Under the pieces are notes generated by a model that made no database searches, was not told where the DNA came from, and was given only the letters and a program-made list of their open reading frames with translations. Shown piece by piece: positions 8,692-20,100 of a stretch of 22,748 nucleotides of DNA. The DNA lies in NCBI GenBank assembly GCA_042217545.1, contig JBDGSM010000028.1:10834-33581 (forward strand). Reading direction: 5' to 3'. Source of the stretch: Candidatus Nanohalobium sp. (GTDB taxonomy: Archaea > Nanohalarchaeota > Nanosalinia > Nanosalinales > Nanosalinaceae). The translations under genes and the position numbers were made by a program. Positions within the stretch are counted from its first letter, which is position 1. Each line of letters starts with the position of its first letter.

Positions 8692-10635
8692 TTATTCCTC
8701 CTTTTCCTCAGCCGATTCTGATTCAGATTCGGCGTTGGTATCGACTTCCTCGTAGTCTGCATCAACTACTTCATCGTCGCCCGAGTTTGCTGCGCCTCCC
8801 ATTCCTCCCATGTTCTGAGCGGCCTGTTTCAGGTCTTCCTCGGACATGTTGGATGGATCAACGCCTCCCATTCCGCCGGCTTGCTGGCCGTCGTACATCT
8901 CCTGGCCGATCTCCTGTAGCTTCTGTTCAAGGCCTTCAATAGCTTCTTCCAGTTCTTCCTTCGCTTCTCCGAGGTTATCGGCGTCTTCCGTTTCCGCTCT
9001 GACTTCTTCCAGGTTCTCGATTTCATCTTCGACTTCATCGATGGTTTCATCATCTACCTGGTCTTCAAAGTTCTCAAGCTGGCTCTGGGCCTGGTTGATC
9101 ATCGAATCCGCTTTATTTTGCGCTTCGATGAACTCCCGCTTCTTCCTGTCTTCTTCCTCGTGTTTCTCGGCTTCCTCCTTCATGTCCTCGATCTCATCAT
9201 CATCCAGGCGTGAAGCGTCGTCGATGCTGATCGAGGCCTCTTCTCCACTCTGCTGTTCCTCTGCAGAGACCTGGAGGATTCCGTCAGAGTCTATCTCGAA
9301 GGTTACCTCGATCTGTGGCTGTCCGGCAGGAGCAGCAGGGATTCCCTGTAAATTGAACTGTCCCAGGGACTTGTTATCCCTCGCCATCTCTCTTTCTCCC
9401 TGTACCACGTGGACGGTGACCATGGTCTGGTTGTTCTGAGCTGTAGTAAACGTCTTGCTTTCTTCTGCTGGAATAGTTGTGTTCTCCTCGATAAGCCTCT
9501 CTGTGAGGCCTCCCTTGACCTCTACACCAAGACTCAACGGTGCCACGTCGAGTAGGAGGATGTCGTCCATGTCTCCGGAGATGCTTCCTGCCTGGGTCGC
9601 TGCTCCATCCGCCACTGCTTCTGCAGGGTTGACTTCCTGGCTTGGCTTCTGGCCTGTGATAGTCTGTACGTGTTCACGGACTGCTGGAACTCTTGTCGTT
9701 CCTCCTACAAGGATCACCTCGTTGATACCGGACTTGTCGACTCCAGCATCGTCTATGGCTTTCTCTGTAGGATCTGTCGTCCTCTGGATTAGGCCTTCGA
9801 CAAGTTCCTCGAACTTGCTTCTCGTCAGTTCTATGTCGACGTTGTAGGTGTCTCCATCTTCCTGATGGATGAATGGTATGTTGATTTTGGTCTTCTTACG
9901 CGAAGAGAGCTCTTTCTTCGCCTCTTCAGCGTTTTCCCTGATTCTCTGCATCGCCTCATCGTTGCTTGAGAGATCGATTCCGTTCTCGTCCTCGAACTCT
10001 TCCAGAACGTAGTCGACGATCTCCTGATCGAAGTCGTCTCCTCCCAGGTCGTTGATTCCCTCTGTACTCTGGACCTCGTAGATCCCGTCTCCCATCTCCA
10101 GGACGGTGACGTCGAAGGTTCCTCCTCCGAAGTCGTATACGAGAACTGTCTGATCCTTGTCGTCGTCAAGGCCGTACGCCAGGGAGGCGGCTGTCGGCTC
10201 GTTCAGAATCCTTTCAACTTCAAGGCCTGCTATCTCTCCAGCATCCTTCGTCGCCTGCCTCTGAGTGTCATCGAAATGCGCTGGGACTGTGATTACTGCT
10301 TTATCGAATGTTTCTCCTGTCTTCTCCTCTGCATCATTTTTCAGTTTCTGAAGGATCTTGGCAGAGATCTCCTGTGGCGTGTAGTCCTCTCCTTCAAGCT
10401 CCACGGTGTAATCTTCTCCCATGTGGCGCTTGATGGATTTCACGGTATTTTCCTGGTTCGTCAGCATCTGGTTCTTCGCAGGCTTGCCGACGAGAAGCTC
10501 TTCGTCGTCAAAGGCCACGATAGAAGGCGTCACACGCTCGCCTTCCGCGTTTTCTATTATCTCTGGTTCTCCATTTTTTACATGAGCCATTGCGCTTCTT
10601 GTCGTACCGAGGTCGATACCGAGAATCTTACCCAT
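8692..10635 (-). CDS. dnaK: chaperone DnaK (Hsp70)
   Basis: [30 protein letters not shown] tail; ATG at 10635 with AGGTG SD; lacks the N-terminal insert, as in archaeal/Gram-positive DnaK. Confidence 0.98.
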   Translation of the reverse strand: MGKILGIDLGTTRSAMAHVKNGEPEIIENAEGERVTPSIVAFDDEELLVGKPAKNQMLTNQENTVKSIKRHMGEDYTVELEGEDYTPQEISAKILQKLKNDAEEKTGETFDKAVITVPAHFDDTQRQATKDAGEIAGLEVERILNEPTAASLAYGLDDDKDQTVLVYDFGGGTFDVTVLEMGDGIYEVQSTEGINDLGGDDFDQEIVDYVLEEFEDENGIDLSSNDEAMQRIRENAEEAKKELSSRKKTKINIPFIHQEDGDTYNVDIELTRSKFEELVEGLIQRTTDPTEKAIDDAGVDKSGINEVILVGGTTRVPAVREHVQTITGQKPSQEVNPAEAVADGAATQAGSISGDMDDILLLDVAPLSLGVEVKGGLTERLIEENTTIPAEESKTFTTAQNNQTMVTVHVVQGEREMARDNKSLGQFNLQGIPAAPAGQPQIEVTFEIDSDGILQVSAEEQQSGEEASISIDDASRLDDDEIEDMKEEAEKHEEEDRKKREFIEAQNKADSMINQAQSQLENFEDQVDDETIDEVEDEIENLEEVRAETEDADNLGEAKEELEEAIEGLEQKLQEIGQEMYDGQQAGGMGGVDPSNMSEEDLKQAAQNMGGMGGAANSGDDEVVDADYEEVDTNAESESESAEEKEE

Positions 10636-10758
10636 TGTTTGATCGCACCTGTTTTTACAGATATGAATAAAAACTTTTAAACGGTGACGGAACCTCGAGG
10701 AAACCTCCTGGGACCTGAAACCCAAGAAATAAGTTTGTCATGTCTAAATAACAATTCT

Positions 10759-11354
10759 ATGTCGGCGGAGAGGATAACTTCGGAGGAAGGCCTTGAAAGG
10801 CTACAGCAGGACAGCAAACCGTTGAATGAGTCGCTGGAACAGGCTTTGAACGGGTTAGAGGATCTATCCTCAGGCTTCTTGGTTCCGCCACTACAGGACC
10901 GAAGATGCGCACTCTGTGATCTTGAAAAGTTCCCGTGCTCCGTGGATGAAAATGTCATGGTCGAAGATGAGGATTACTTGGTGGTCGAGGCCGCGGATAA
11001 GAATACACATCGTGTCAGGAACATGATAGTCCTCAAAGATCACGAAAAATATCCGAGCGACGAAGAACTTGAAAATTACGCTACGGAGGCCTTAAAGGAC
11101 CTCGTGAACTATTCTTCTACGGAGGAAGGCCAGAGGGTCGCGGTATACGCAGATATGAACACCTTCAACCATCCGCATATCATGGCGAGCGATCTTGAAC
11201 CAGAGGATCCTGGAGAAGCGGCTCTGGAATCGATAAACAACTACCTTGTCTTCAAGGACTCGGAAAGCCTGGGAGAACCGGAAGCTGAATACTACGGCGA
11301 TAGCGTCGGAGAAGGCCTACTGGAAAGATTTTATGGAATGGCCAGGAAAGGCCT

Positions 11355-11358
<4 letters not shown>
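10759..11358 (+). CDS. HIT-like superfamily protein (divergent)
   Basis: CALC near the N-terminus, IVLKDH and HPHI; acidic; stop codon supplied by the IS right end. Confidence 0.55.
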
Positions 11359-12496
<1,138 letters not shown>

Positions 12497-12641
12497 CTGC
12501 ACCCGACCCAAGAAAGTTAAAATACTTGACTTTTAAATTGTTGTTGGAAGTGTAGCACTCGACCCGCTACCTTCTATCCGTGGGGTGTATCCCCGCCGTA
12601 AACGGCGAGGGTTTACCCCACTACTCATCCTTTTCTAAAGT

Positions 12642-13142
12642 TTACTCGTCTTCGCTCTCGCTGACCACTACTTCTGCAGGCCTCAGAACTTTCTCGTTGT
12701 ACGTGTAGCCAGGCCTCTTCTGCTCCAGTACTTTCCTGTCTTCCTCGTGTTTCCTGGTTTCCACGGCGTTGTGGATATTTGGATCGAACTCTTCGCCTTG
12801 GGCGTCGATCCTCTGCAGGCCTTTCTTCTCCAGGGTCTCGTACAGCTGGTCGGACACCATCTTCACTCCCTGTAGAAGTGTCGAGTCTTCATCTGCGGAC
12901 ATGATCGCTCTTTCCAGGTTGTCCATGACTGAGATAAGTTCCTCCGCAAGCTTCTCGCGGGCCTGTTCCTTGTGTCTCTCCTTTCTCTCGTCTTCTTTTT
13001 TCCTGTAGTTCTCGAAGTCGGCCTTTGCTTTCTTCGCTGCTTCCTCCCATTCTTCGGCGGTTTCCTCTGCGTCTATAGCTCTTTCCTCCATTTCCTCCAG
13101 TGCCTCGATGAGTTCTTCGCGGGAGAGGTTTTCGTAGTTCAT
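12642..13142 (-). CDS. grpE: nucleotide exchange factor GrpE
   Basis: ADFENYRK, DNLERA, FDPNIHNAV, GY...KVLRPAEVVV. Confidence 0.96.
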   Translation of the reverse strand: MNYENLSREELIEALEEMEERAIDAEETAEEWEEAAKKAKADFENYRKKEDERKERHKEQAREKLAEELISVMDNLERAIMSADEDSTLLQGVKMVSDQLYETLEKKGLQRIDAQGEEFDPNIHNAVETRKHEEDRKVLEQKRPGYTYNEKVLRPAEVVVSESEDE

Positions 13143-13226
13143 ACACCCGGAAGATAGGCCTTGAAGTTTTTAATTCGGTACGAAAAACCGGAAACTCTTA
13201 AATTGTTATCTTCCGGTAGTAACTTC

Positions 13227-13968
13227 ATGGTTGAGGGTTACTGGGGTCACGAGGAATAACTCTAACGGTGTGGAAATACAGGGTTCGCTGGATAGAGCGC
13301 CTGAAGGCCTAGGTATCAACGTCTGCGACTCCAACGTCAACGAAGATGAGATGTACTGGGGGAAAACTTACGACACGGGGGAACCTGTTCTCGTAAAGGA
13401 TGGCTCTGTCGAGTTCGGAAACGCGGCTCCGGCGAACCTGCTGGCTTAAGAACTTTTCTCCGATACAGGGATCAACGTTCCGGACGTCGGATACTCCTCG
13501 GAAAGAGATGAGGTGTATATGGAGGCTCTCAACAGTTACAGCAAAGCGGTCTCGACTATAGGCGAAGGTGAACAGGAGGAGTTCCTGGATCACGTGGCTG
13601 CGAAGGCCTTGATCGGCGACTCCGATTTTATGCATAATTTCGGGAGGTTGGAAGGCGGTTACGCGTTGATCGATCCTGATCAGGCTGGTGCGCCGATTCA
13701 AACGTTTGAAAATAAGATTTTCGACTACTTGGAGGTTGTAAACTCGGGAACATCTTTCAATGTCTCTCATCAGGACTTTCAGGACGCCCTGGGAAGAGTT
13801 TTCCGTGAGGCCGGTGAACAGCATCTTGAGGACTCTCTTTCGAAGCTTGAAGCTTTCAAAGATGATATACCCGCTTACGCCAACTTTGAACCTGTGTTTG
13901 TCCGTGAGAACTTTCGCTCTGCTCCAAACTCCGGGGAAGTTACTGGAGCTGAAAGGCCTCGTGTTTGA
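13227..13968 (+). pseudogene. HipA/PI3K-like kinase pseudogene
   Basis: Track ORFs 13231-13449 and 13513-13968 share one frame, split only by TAA at 13447. Joined: VLVK...ANLLA*ELF...GINVP...ALIGDSD..HNF......LIDPD. ATG at 13227 is in frame if one G of 13235-13237 is removed. Confidence 0.6.
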
Positions 13969-14023
13969 TTCTGGTGTTCTGTGAATCCTAGAGTTGATAT
14001 ACCTCCTTTGTTAAGAACTGTTT

Positions 14024-14506
14024 ATGGCTGAGAAGGATCATCCCTTTGTCGATGCGACGGCGCGTAAAACCTCTACTATCGTCACCAAGCACAGTATTGC
14101 TATACCTGAAGATGAGCAGAAGTTCAGGAAGTCGGAGCGGGCCTGGAACTGGGAGAAGATTGTTGACCTGATTTTCCCGGAGGAGCAGTCGCCTAAGAGG
14201 AACAGGTACGCGAAGATCTTTCTCCGTGAATTGAAGGATGAAGGCAGTATTGACTCGGAGAAGCTAAATTCGTTCGATGAATGGGGTCATGAGAAAGGCC
14301 TGAGTAATTTGAAGAACAATATTTTGCCAAAACTGCGGCGTGTAGGTATAATTCAGTACGAATACCTCGAGTATCGTGGCGAGAGAGAAGGCTCTCAGGG
14401 CCGTCGAAAAGTCATAAAGCCAGCAAAATCTTTCACTTCGATACTTGACTCTATGGCGAACGGCTGGGCGGCTTTCGAGTCAGCTGCATACCAGAATCAG
14501 GATTGA
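14024..14506 (+). CDS. hypothetical protein, possible winged-HTH DNA-binding domain
   Basis: 160 aa, less acidic than its neighbours; ILPKLRRVGIIQY resembles a wHTH recognition helix and wing. Confidence 0.65.
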   Translation: MAEKDHPFVDATARKTSTIVTKHSIAIPEDEQKFRKSERAWNWEKIVDLIFPEEQSPKRNRYAKIFLRELKDEGSIDSEKLNSFDEWGHEKGLSNLKNNILPKLRRVGIIQYEYLEYRGEREGSQGRRKVIKPAKSFTSILDSMANGWAAFESAAYQNQD

Positions 14507-14593
14507 GGCCTGTTAACCTCCGCCTTTCTTCTTAATCGTAATGGGGTAGAGGGCTCTAGCGATATTTAGGCCTGCAGCTTCTCTTTCAAACTT

Positions 14594-14710
14594 CTAGAGC
14601 GCTGTGGCTGTGACGAGGTTTGCCTTTGCCGAGACCCTGGTTTCCTGGCGTCTCTCATCTTCTGCCTGGGCCTGAAGCTCTGTCTCGAAGTTGCGTACGT
14701 TAGCGTTCAT
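14594..14710 (-). CDS. unannotated 38-aa small protein MNANVRNFETELQAQAEDERRQETRVSAKANLVTATAL
   Basis: GAGGTG SD at 14722-14727 plus a CA-rich spacer, like the histone and dnaK starts; host-like E/Q/R content. Confidence 0.6.
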   Translation of the reverse strand: MNANVRNFETELQAQAEDERRQETRVSAKANLVTATAL

Positions 14711-14980
14711 TTTGGTTGTTGCACCTCTTTCGTGTTGGCGTGTGTTTTTGTGATCCTCGATGGGTTGTACACAATCTGTGGTGGAAGTTTGGATAAGGCC
14801 CGTAGACAGATCCCACCTTGCAAGCAGGATCTGCCCTTTCTTGGCCTGGTTCCTTCAGGGATATAACATATCCCTTTAACCTCTGTGTCCCATAGAGGCA
14901 GAGGAACCATTCCAATCCAAAACCCTTGATGTTCGCGGTCGGTCATTGGCCCGTCGTACAGGCCAAGACTTCATCCCGCT

Positions 14981-15109
14981 TTACTCTGCCAGGTAGTTAA
15001 TAATGGAGAATGTAGCCTTGGCCTGGTTATGGGTGGGTCTCACCAGATCCATTGCCATGCACATGTTCCCGGCGGACCAAGTAGTATTAACCAAGGCCAT
15101 TTTCGACAT
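14981..15109 (-). CDS. possible leaderless 42-aa ORF MSKMALVNTTWSAGNMCMAMDLVRPTHNQAKATFSIINYLAE
   Basis: ATG lies about 21 nt after TTTTAAA; composition is not acidic, so it may be incidental. Confidence 0.25.
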   Translation of the reverse strand: MSKMALVNTTWSAGNMCMAMDLVRPTHNQAKATFSIINYLAE

Positions 15110-15129
15110 ACTCTAATAGTCGACCCATG

Positions 15130-15136
15130 TTTAAAA
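15130..15136 (-). promoter_or_regulatory. TATA-like box for the 14510-15110 transcript
   Basis: TTTTAAA just past the stop of 15146-15898, with spacing like other promoters in the window. Confidence 0.5.
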
Positions 15137-15145
15137 GTCTTCTGT

Positions 15146-15898
15146 TCAGTCCAGGTATGGCTCGAAAATATCCGCTCTCAGCTGCTTATGCGTGCGTTCA
15201 AGAAGATCTCGCAGATTCACGGTATCATACTGGTTGTACTTGACCAGTTTTCTCAAAGCTTCTTCATCTCCCTGGTTTTCGTACTTTTTCCAGAGCCGGA
15301 TGGCTTCACGGCCGTCTATGTCCTCGAGGTCTCTCTCGATATTCATCTGTTTCTCGATATTCTTCAGGCCTCCAGAATAACCGAGGCGCTTGCAGGTGTA
15401 CATCAGGTCGAGATGCGGGTTCTCTATCTGCATGTCGAAGCTTTTCTCCAGGAATGGCTGGTCGAAACGTTTACCGTTGAAGGAAACAATCATGGAGGCC
15501 TTGAAGAACTCCTGCTTCAGGTTTTCCCGGGTCAGGTCCTGGCCTCGGATCAATGTCTTGGTCTCATCTCCTCTGTGAATGCTTACAGTAGTGACCTTGT
15601 TCCTCTCCGGCTTCAGACCTGTTGTCTCGATGTCGAAGAATGCAGCGTCGTCCTCAAAGTTCCTGTAGGTCCTCCAGAGTTCCTTCTTCGGAAATTTCTG
15701 CTTGAAGAATGCTTCATTGTTGACTTCCAGGTTTTTCCTGGCTTTCCTGATGAAGTTCATCAGTTTCTCTTTCCGGGCATCGCTGATATCTGATGTGTCT
15801 TCGACGTGATCCCAGTGGGTGATCCCTTTCTTCCAGTATTTTTTCTCGGTCTTCTCTCCGATGCCAGAAACGGGTATGAAACTGTTCTCGATGCGCAT
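15146..15898 (-). CDS. YprB-like RNase H-fold (DEDD) exonuclease with N-terminal HhH
   Basis: FFDIETTGL, SFNGKRFD.PFL, HLDL, YNQYD; N-terminal SGIGEKT. Confidence 0.88.
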   Translation of the reverse strand: MRIENSFIPVSGIGEKTEKKYWKKGITHWDHVEDTSDISDARKEKLMNFIRKARKNLEVNNEAFFKQKFPKKELWRTYRNFEDDAAFFDIETTGLKPERNKVTTVSIHRGDETKTLIRGQDLTRENLKQEFFKASMIVSFNGKRFDQPFLEKSFDMQIENPHLDLMYTCKRLGYSGGLKNIEKQMNIERDLEDIDGREAIRLWKKYENQGDEEALRKLVKYNQYDTVNLRDLLERTHKQLRADIFEPYLD

Positions 15899-15953
15899 GT
15901 AACTAAAAAATAAGAGAAGGAGAATAGGTTATAAGTCAAACCCTTCCGCAGCT

Positions 15954-16151
15954 TTAAGCGGAAGTTCTGACGTCGTCAGCCTGAACCGTCTTACGACCGG
16001 CGTGTTCTGCGTACTGCTTTGCTTCGCGAGCTCTGTCTTCTGCGTATCCTTCTAGCTCATCTCTTAGCTCTTCTACAGCATTTTCAGAAACTCTTGCTGC
16101 GCCAGCCTGCTTGATGATCCTCTTGACGGGTGCGAGTGGTAGTTCTGCCAT
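15954..16151 (-). CDS. archaeal histone (HMfA/HMfB family)
   Basis: MAELPLAPVKRIIK.AGA.RVS...HAGRKTV..DD; SD GGAGGTGA at 16158-16165. Confidence 0.96.
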   Translation of the reverse strand: MAELPLAPVKRIIKQAGAARVSENAVEELRDELEGYAEDRAREAKQYAEHAGRKTVQADDVRTSA

Positions 16152-16390
16152 TTGTTGTCACCTCCGTGAATGAAAGCCTCTAAAGCCTATTACCTTATTC
16201 TTTGCGCTCCTATAAAAACGTTTGGCATTATTCAGGCCTCAAATCAGGTTAAAGCATACTAAAGCACTCTTGTTTTAGTTTAGGGGTTTTGAAGACTCCG
16301 TTTAATATCTCAGCTTCTCCCCTGATTATTATTCTCTCCTACAATGGTGGACGAAAACCTATTACCTGAGTGCCGAACCAGGAAGGCCTG

Positions 16391-17050
16391 TCACACGATT
16401 TGCTTCAACTCAACGGTCACATCTCCGTCAACATCCATGACTCCGTACCTTCCATCAATGACGGCGCCAGGATTCACCAGTTTCGTCCCACCGACCTCGT
16501 CCACACCGTAGGACTCGTGTATATGGCCGGTCAGAACCAGGTCAAAACTCTTCTCTTCTATCAACTGGCCAACCTCCTCGCTACCGACATGCTTGCCATC
16601 AACCAGATCAAGGTTCGTGTCAGCAGGAGGCTGATGAATCACTGCGATCTTCCTGTCCGAGGCCATCCGACCGTAGAGCGTATCCAGGGCCTCGTAGATC
16701 TCATCGCCCGAAGGCTCGAAAGGCGTGCCAAAAGGAGTCTGGCCGCCGCCGAAACCGACCACATCAAAGGTCTGGAAAGACGCGATTTTCTTGTGGATAT
16801 TCATCCTGTGATCGATCAAGGCCTTCACACAGCTTTCCTCAACGTCCATGTTTCCGGGGACAGATTTCGCCATCTTCCCGGTTTCCTCGAACTCTTCCAG
16901 GACTTCCTGGAGCCGTCCCTCGTAATCGCTGAACTCGTTAGCATCACTCAGATCTCCGGCACATAGAAGGGCATCAAAATTTTCTTTCTTGACGATCCTC
17001 CTCAGGTTTTCCAGGTCTCCATGGACATCAGTAAGGAGTAGAACTTTCAT
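16391..17050 (-). CDS. calcineurin-like metallophosphoesterase (Icc-related)
   Basis: DVHG, GDL, GNMD, HQPP and GHIHE motifs. Confidence 0.9.
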   Translation of the reverse strand: MKVLLLTDVHGDLENLRRIVKKENFDALLCAGDLSDANEFSDYEGRLQEVLEEFEETGKMAKSVPGNMDVEESCVKALIDHRMNIHKKIASFQTFDVVGFGGGQTPFGTPFEPSGDEIYEALDTLYGRMASDRKIAVIHQPPADTNLDLVDGKHVGSEEVGQLIEEKSFDLVLTGHIHESYGVDEVGGTKLVNPGAVIDGRYGVMDVDGDVTVELKQIV

Positions 17051-17122
17051 ATTCAGAAGAATATGCTCCCAGGGATAAGAACCCCACGGGAATACTTAAC
17101 TTTCCAGATTCTCTTACCCGGT

Positions 17123-20100
17123 ATGGAACTCGAGGCCCAGGTTCTTGACGCTGACTACATGGTAGAAGACGGAGAAGTAGCAGTAAGAGTATTCGCCAGG
17201 TCCAGAGATGGAGAAGACTACCTCATCAGAGACGCAGAGTTCAAGCCATATCTCTACATAGTACCTGAAGAAGGCCTAGAAGAACTGAGAGAGACGATAG
17301 AGGAGGAAAGGCCTTTCAGGGAGGACGAAGACGAACTTCCAATCCTCGAGATCGAAGAGAAAGAGATGATCGACGGCAAAGAAGAAGTGAAGGTTCTGAA
17401 AGTTTCCACGAACATCCCTGCGAACGTTCCCAAGTTAAAGAACAAGTTCTGGGATCTCGAGGAAACAAAGGAATGCAGGGAGTTCGACATACCTTTCTAC
17501 AGGAGATACATGATGGATAAAGGCCTCAGACCGAACCAGTGGCACAGATTTTCGGGTGAAAGCTTTGAACCGCAGGATATGGAGAAAGGCCTTGAAGTAG
17601 AGAGCATAGAGGAGGAAGAGCAGGGAAGTCCGGACTGGAATATGCTTGCGTTTGACCTGGAGGTCTACGAGAACGAGATAATCATGGCCTCGCTCTACAG
17701 CGAGGATTACGAGAAACTTCTTACTACTGAGGAGATAGATGAGGAGTACGTCGAGGTTGTGGAGAGTGAAAAAGAGCTTATAGAGCGTTTCGTTGAGATC
17801 GTGAACGAGAGGAACGTCGATATACTTACAGGCTACAATACTGACGAATTCGACTTTGATGTTCTGAGGGATGGGTCGAACAGGCACAACATGACGCTCT
17901 CACTGGGGCGTAACGGGGAGAGGATGAAGTTCAACCAGAGGGGCCGTTTCAAAGGCGCCCGTTTGAAAGGCAGGATGCACCTGGATCTCTACCCGTTCAT
18001 CGAACACGTTCTTGCACCAGGTATTGACTCGGAGACTCTGGATCTGGATTCGGTTGCGGAGGAGATGCTTGGCCGGAACAAGGACGAGATGAGTTGGGAG
18101 GACATGAAGAAAAGCTGGGAAAACAAGGAGAACCTCTCAGAGTTCGCCCAGTATGCCCTCAAAGACGCGGAACTTGCACTGGAACTTGCTCAAGAGATAG
18201 TCCCACAGGTCACAGAGCTTTCCAGGATCACAGGCCTCATTCCATTCGACACCTGCAGGTTGACCTATGGACAGTTAACAGAGAACTTCCTGATAAGGGA
18301 GGCGCATCTCAGAGACCTGCTGGCGGAGAACAGGCCTTCACAGGACTCACGCAGGAAGAGACAGCGACAGGGCGCATATTCAGGAGGCTTTGTCTACACG
18401 CCGGAGGAAGGCCTCTACGAGGACATAGTAACTCTGGACTTTCGCTCCCTTTACCCGACGGTGATGGTGGCGCACAACATCTCGCCCGACACGTTGAACA
18501 TCGAGGACTGTAGAGATCAGTTCGAGATAGAGGAGTTCGACTACAGGTTCTGCCAGGACAAGCAGGGTTTCTTCCCGGAGCTGATTGAAGGCCTCGTGGA
18601 CGACCGATACACGATAAAAGAGGAGATGAAGGAGGAAGAGAAAGGTTCCGCTGATTACAAGGCCCTGGATAATGAGCAACAGGCGAAGAAGATTCTGGCG
18701 AACAGTGTTGGTCCTCATACCTACCTCGTCCTGGAAGATCCAGGAGGCAAGATTGTTGTGAAGTCAATCAAGAATTTCTACAGTTCTCTGGGTGCTGAGG
18801 AGAAGCCAGTGAGAGGTAGTAATGTAAAGGATGTAGGTGGATGGCGTGCTTTGTCTGTTGAAGGAGATAAAGCTGTCTTCAAACCGGTTTACGCCGTCAG
18901 CCAGCATGAACCGGACGATGCGTACAGAGTGAGGACGAGGATGGGGGAGGTCACTGTAACAGGTGATCACAGCTTGATTTCTATGAAGGGGGAGTCGAGC
19001 AACAGGATTCGAGACTCTAGCTTTGATGGGTTGGAGGAGGTGAAGGGTTCAGAGGTGGCGGAGGATGATGTTATAGCACAGGTGAAAGACCTGGAGTTAA
19101 AGGAGTCCCAGCAGGAAGTAGTAGTTCCAGAGGTATTGAAAGACTGTCCTGAGGACTTCTGCCTCTACATCCCTAAATCCGAAAATCTGGAGAAGAGAAA
19201 CTGGTACGAGCGAAGGAAAGACCTTATTGAAGCAGTTGAAGACGGTAAGAACTCCTCAGATATCAACTCGTCCGATAGCTTCGGAAACAAGGTCTTGGCG
19301 AAAGCCAGGGAGGAAGGCCTTGTCAGGAAGGTAGAAACTGTCGGAGACCAGGGAAACATCTATGAATGCGAGGTGACGGAGAAGGGCAGGGAATACAGGG
19401 AGTTCTATGATACCTTCCAGAAAAGAGAGAAAACTTCCAGCCACTATGTCATACCGCTGGAAGAGCTCGAGGAACTTCCTCCCAGAGAGATACTTGAGAA
19501 ATCCTCAGTGGCAAACAGGAGCGGCCGAGCCAGGAACAAGATACCAGCGGTCATAGAGCTTGACCAGGAGTTCGCATCTCTTCTGGGATGGTTCGTCGCG
19601 GAGGGGCACTTCAGAAAAGACGGCAAGGAGAACGAAGATTACACTGACTCTGCCATAGCCTCAGATAATCCCGAGCACAGGGAGGAGGTTCAAGGCCTTT
19701 TCAGAGAGGTGTTTGACTACGATGCCAGTATAAACGGGAGACAGGTCAGCTGCTGCACTTCCACGATAGCAAGACTGCTTTCCAGACTCTGCGGTGATAA
19801 GGCTGAGAACAAGAAAGTGCCGGCACCCATCTTCAACAGTGAGAGACCTGTGAGAGAGGCCTTTTTGAAGTCCTACTCGCTGGGAGATGGAGATGAGGAT
19901 GGCAGAAGGTTCTCCACGATAAGTAAAAAACTACAGGCCGGGCTCTCAACACTTCTCAAGGAACAGGATACGGTACTCCATAACGGCTTTGACACTGAAA
20001 CCTACAGAGTATCGAAGAGATCCAGGACACAGGGACAGAAAATAGTTTCAGGAGATCTATACGGACAGAACCCGATAGAAATAGAGCAGATAGAAAAGCC

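Larger units (their letters stand above)
14510..15110 (-). ncRNA. candidate large structured RNA / structured mRNA, family unknown
   Basis: Nested helices whose G-U pairs form only on the minus strand; TATA-like box at 15130-15136; no long acidic ORF. Confidence 0.55.

Noticed and set aside
7906..10680. Long antisense ORFs opposite dnaJ/dnaK (also 15029-15793, 16370-16966 and within polB)
   Set aside because: Shadow frames of well-supported genes, often S/L/F-rich as expected from GAR/GAY codon bias
13447..13449. Stop-codon reassignment or read-through
   Set aside because: TAA is a normal stop for histone, polB, grpE and dnaK here, and a second lesion indicates a pseudogene
14700..14946. 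Track ORFs of 71 and 79 aa on the minus strand
   Set aside because: Non-acidic, no motifs, and they lie over the base-paired region
14510..15110. tmRNA, suggested by the tag-like peptide tail, a stop codon in a helix and UCCACCA near 14779-14785
   Set aside because: No T-arm or matching acceptor 5' strand, the ORF has its own SD and ATG, and archaea are not known to have tmRNA/SmpB
14510..15110. RNase P RNA or SRP RNA
   Set aside because: Only loose resemblances (GAUGAAGUC; CAGGCC-AAGAAA-GGGCAG); the conserved P4 and helix-8 consensus are not met by eye. A covariance search is still needed
17063..17122. Track start of polB at 17063 (similarly dnaK 10725 and HIT-like 10684)
   Set aside because: The extensions run through promoter regions; family homology or the better-placed ATG begins at 17123, 10635 and 10759
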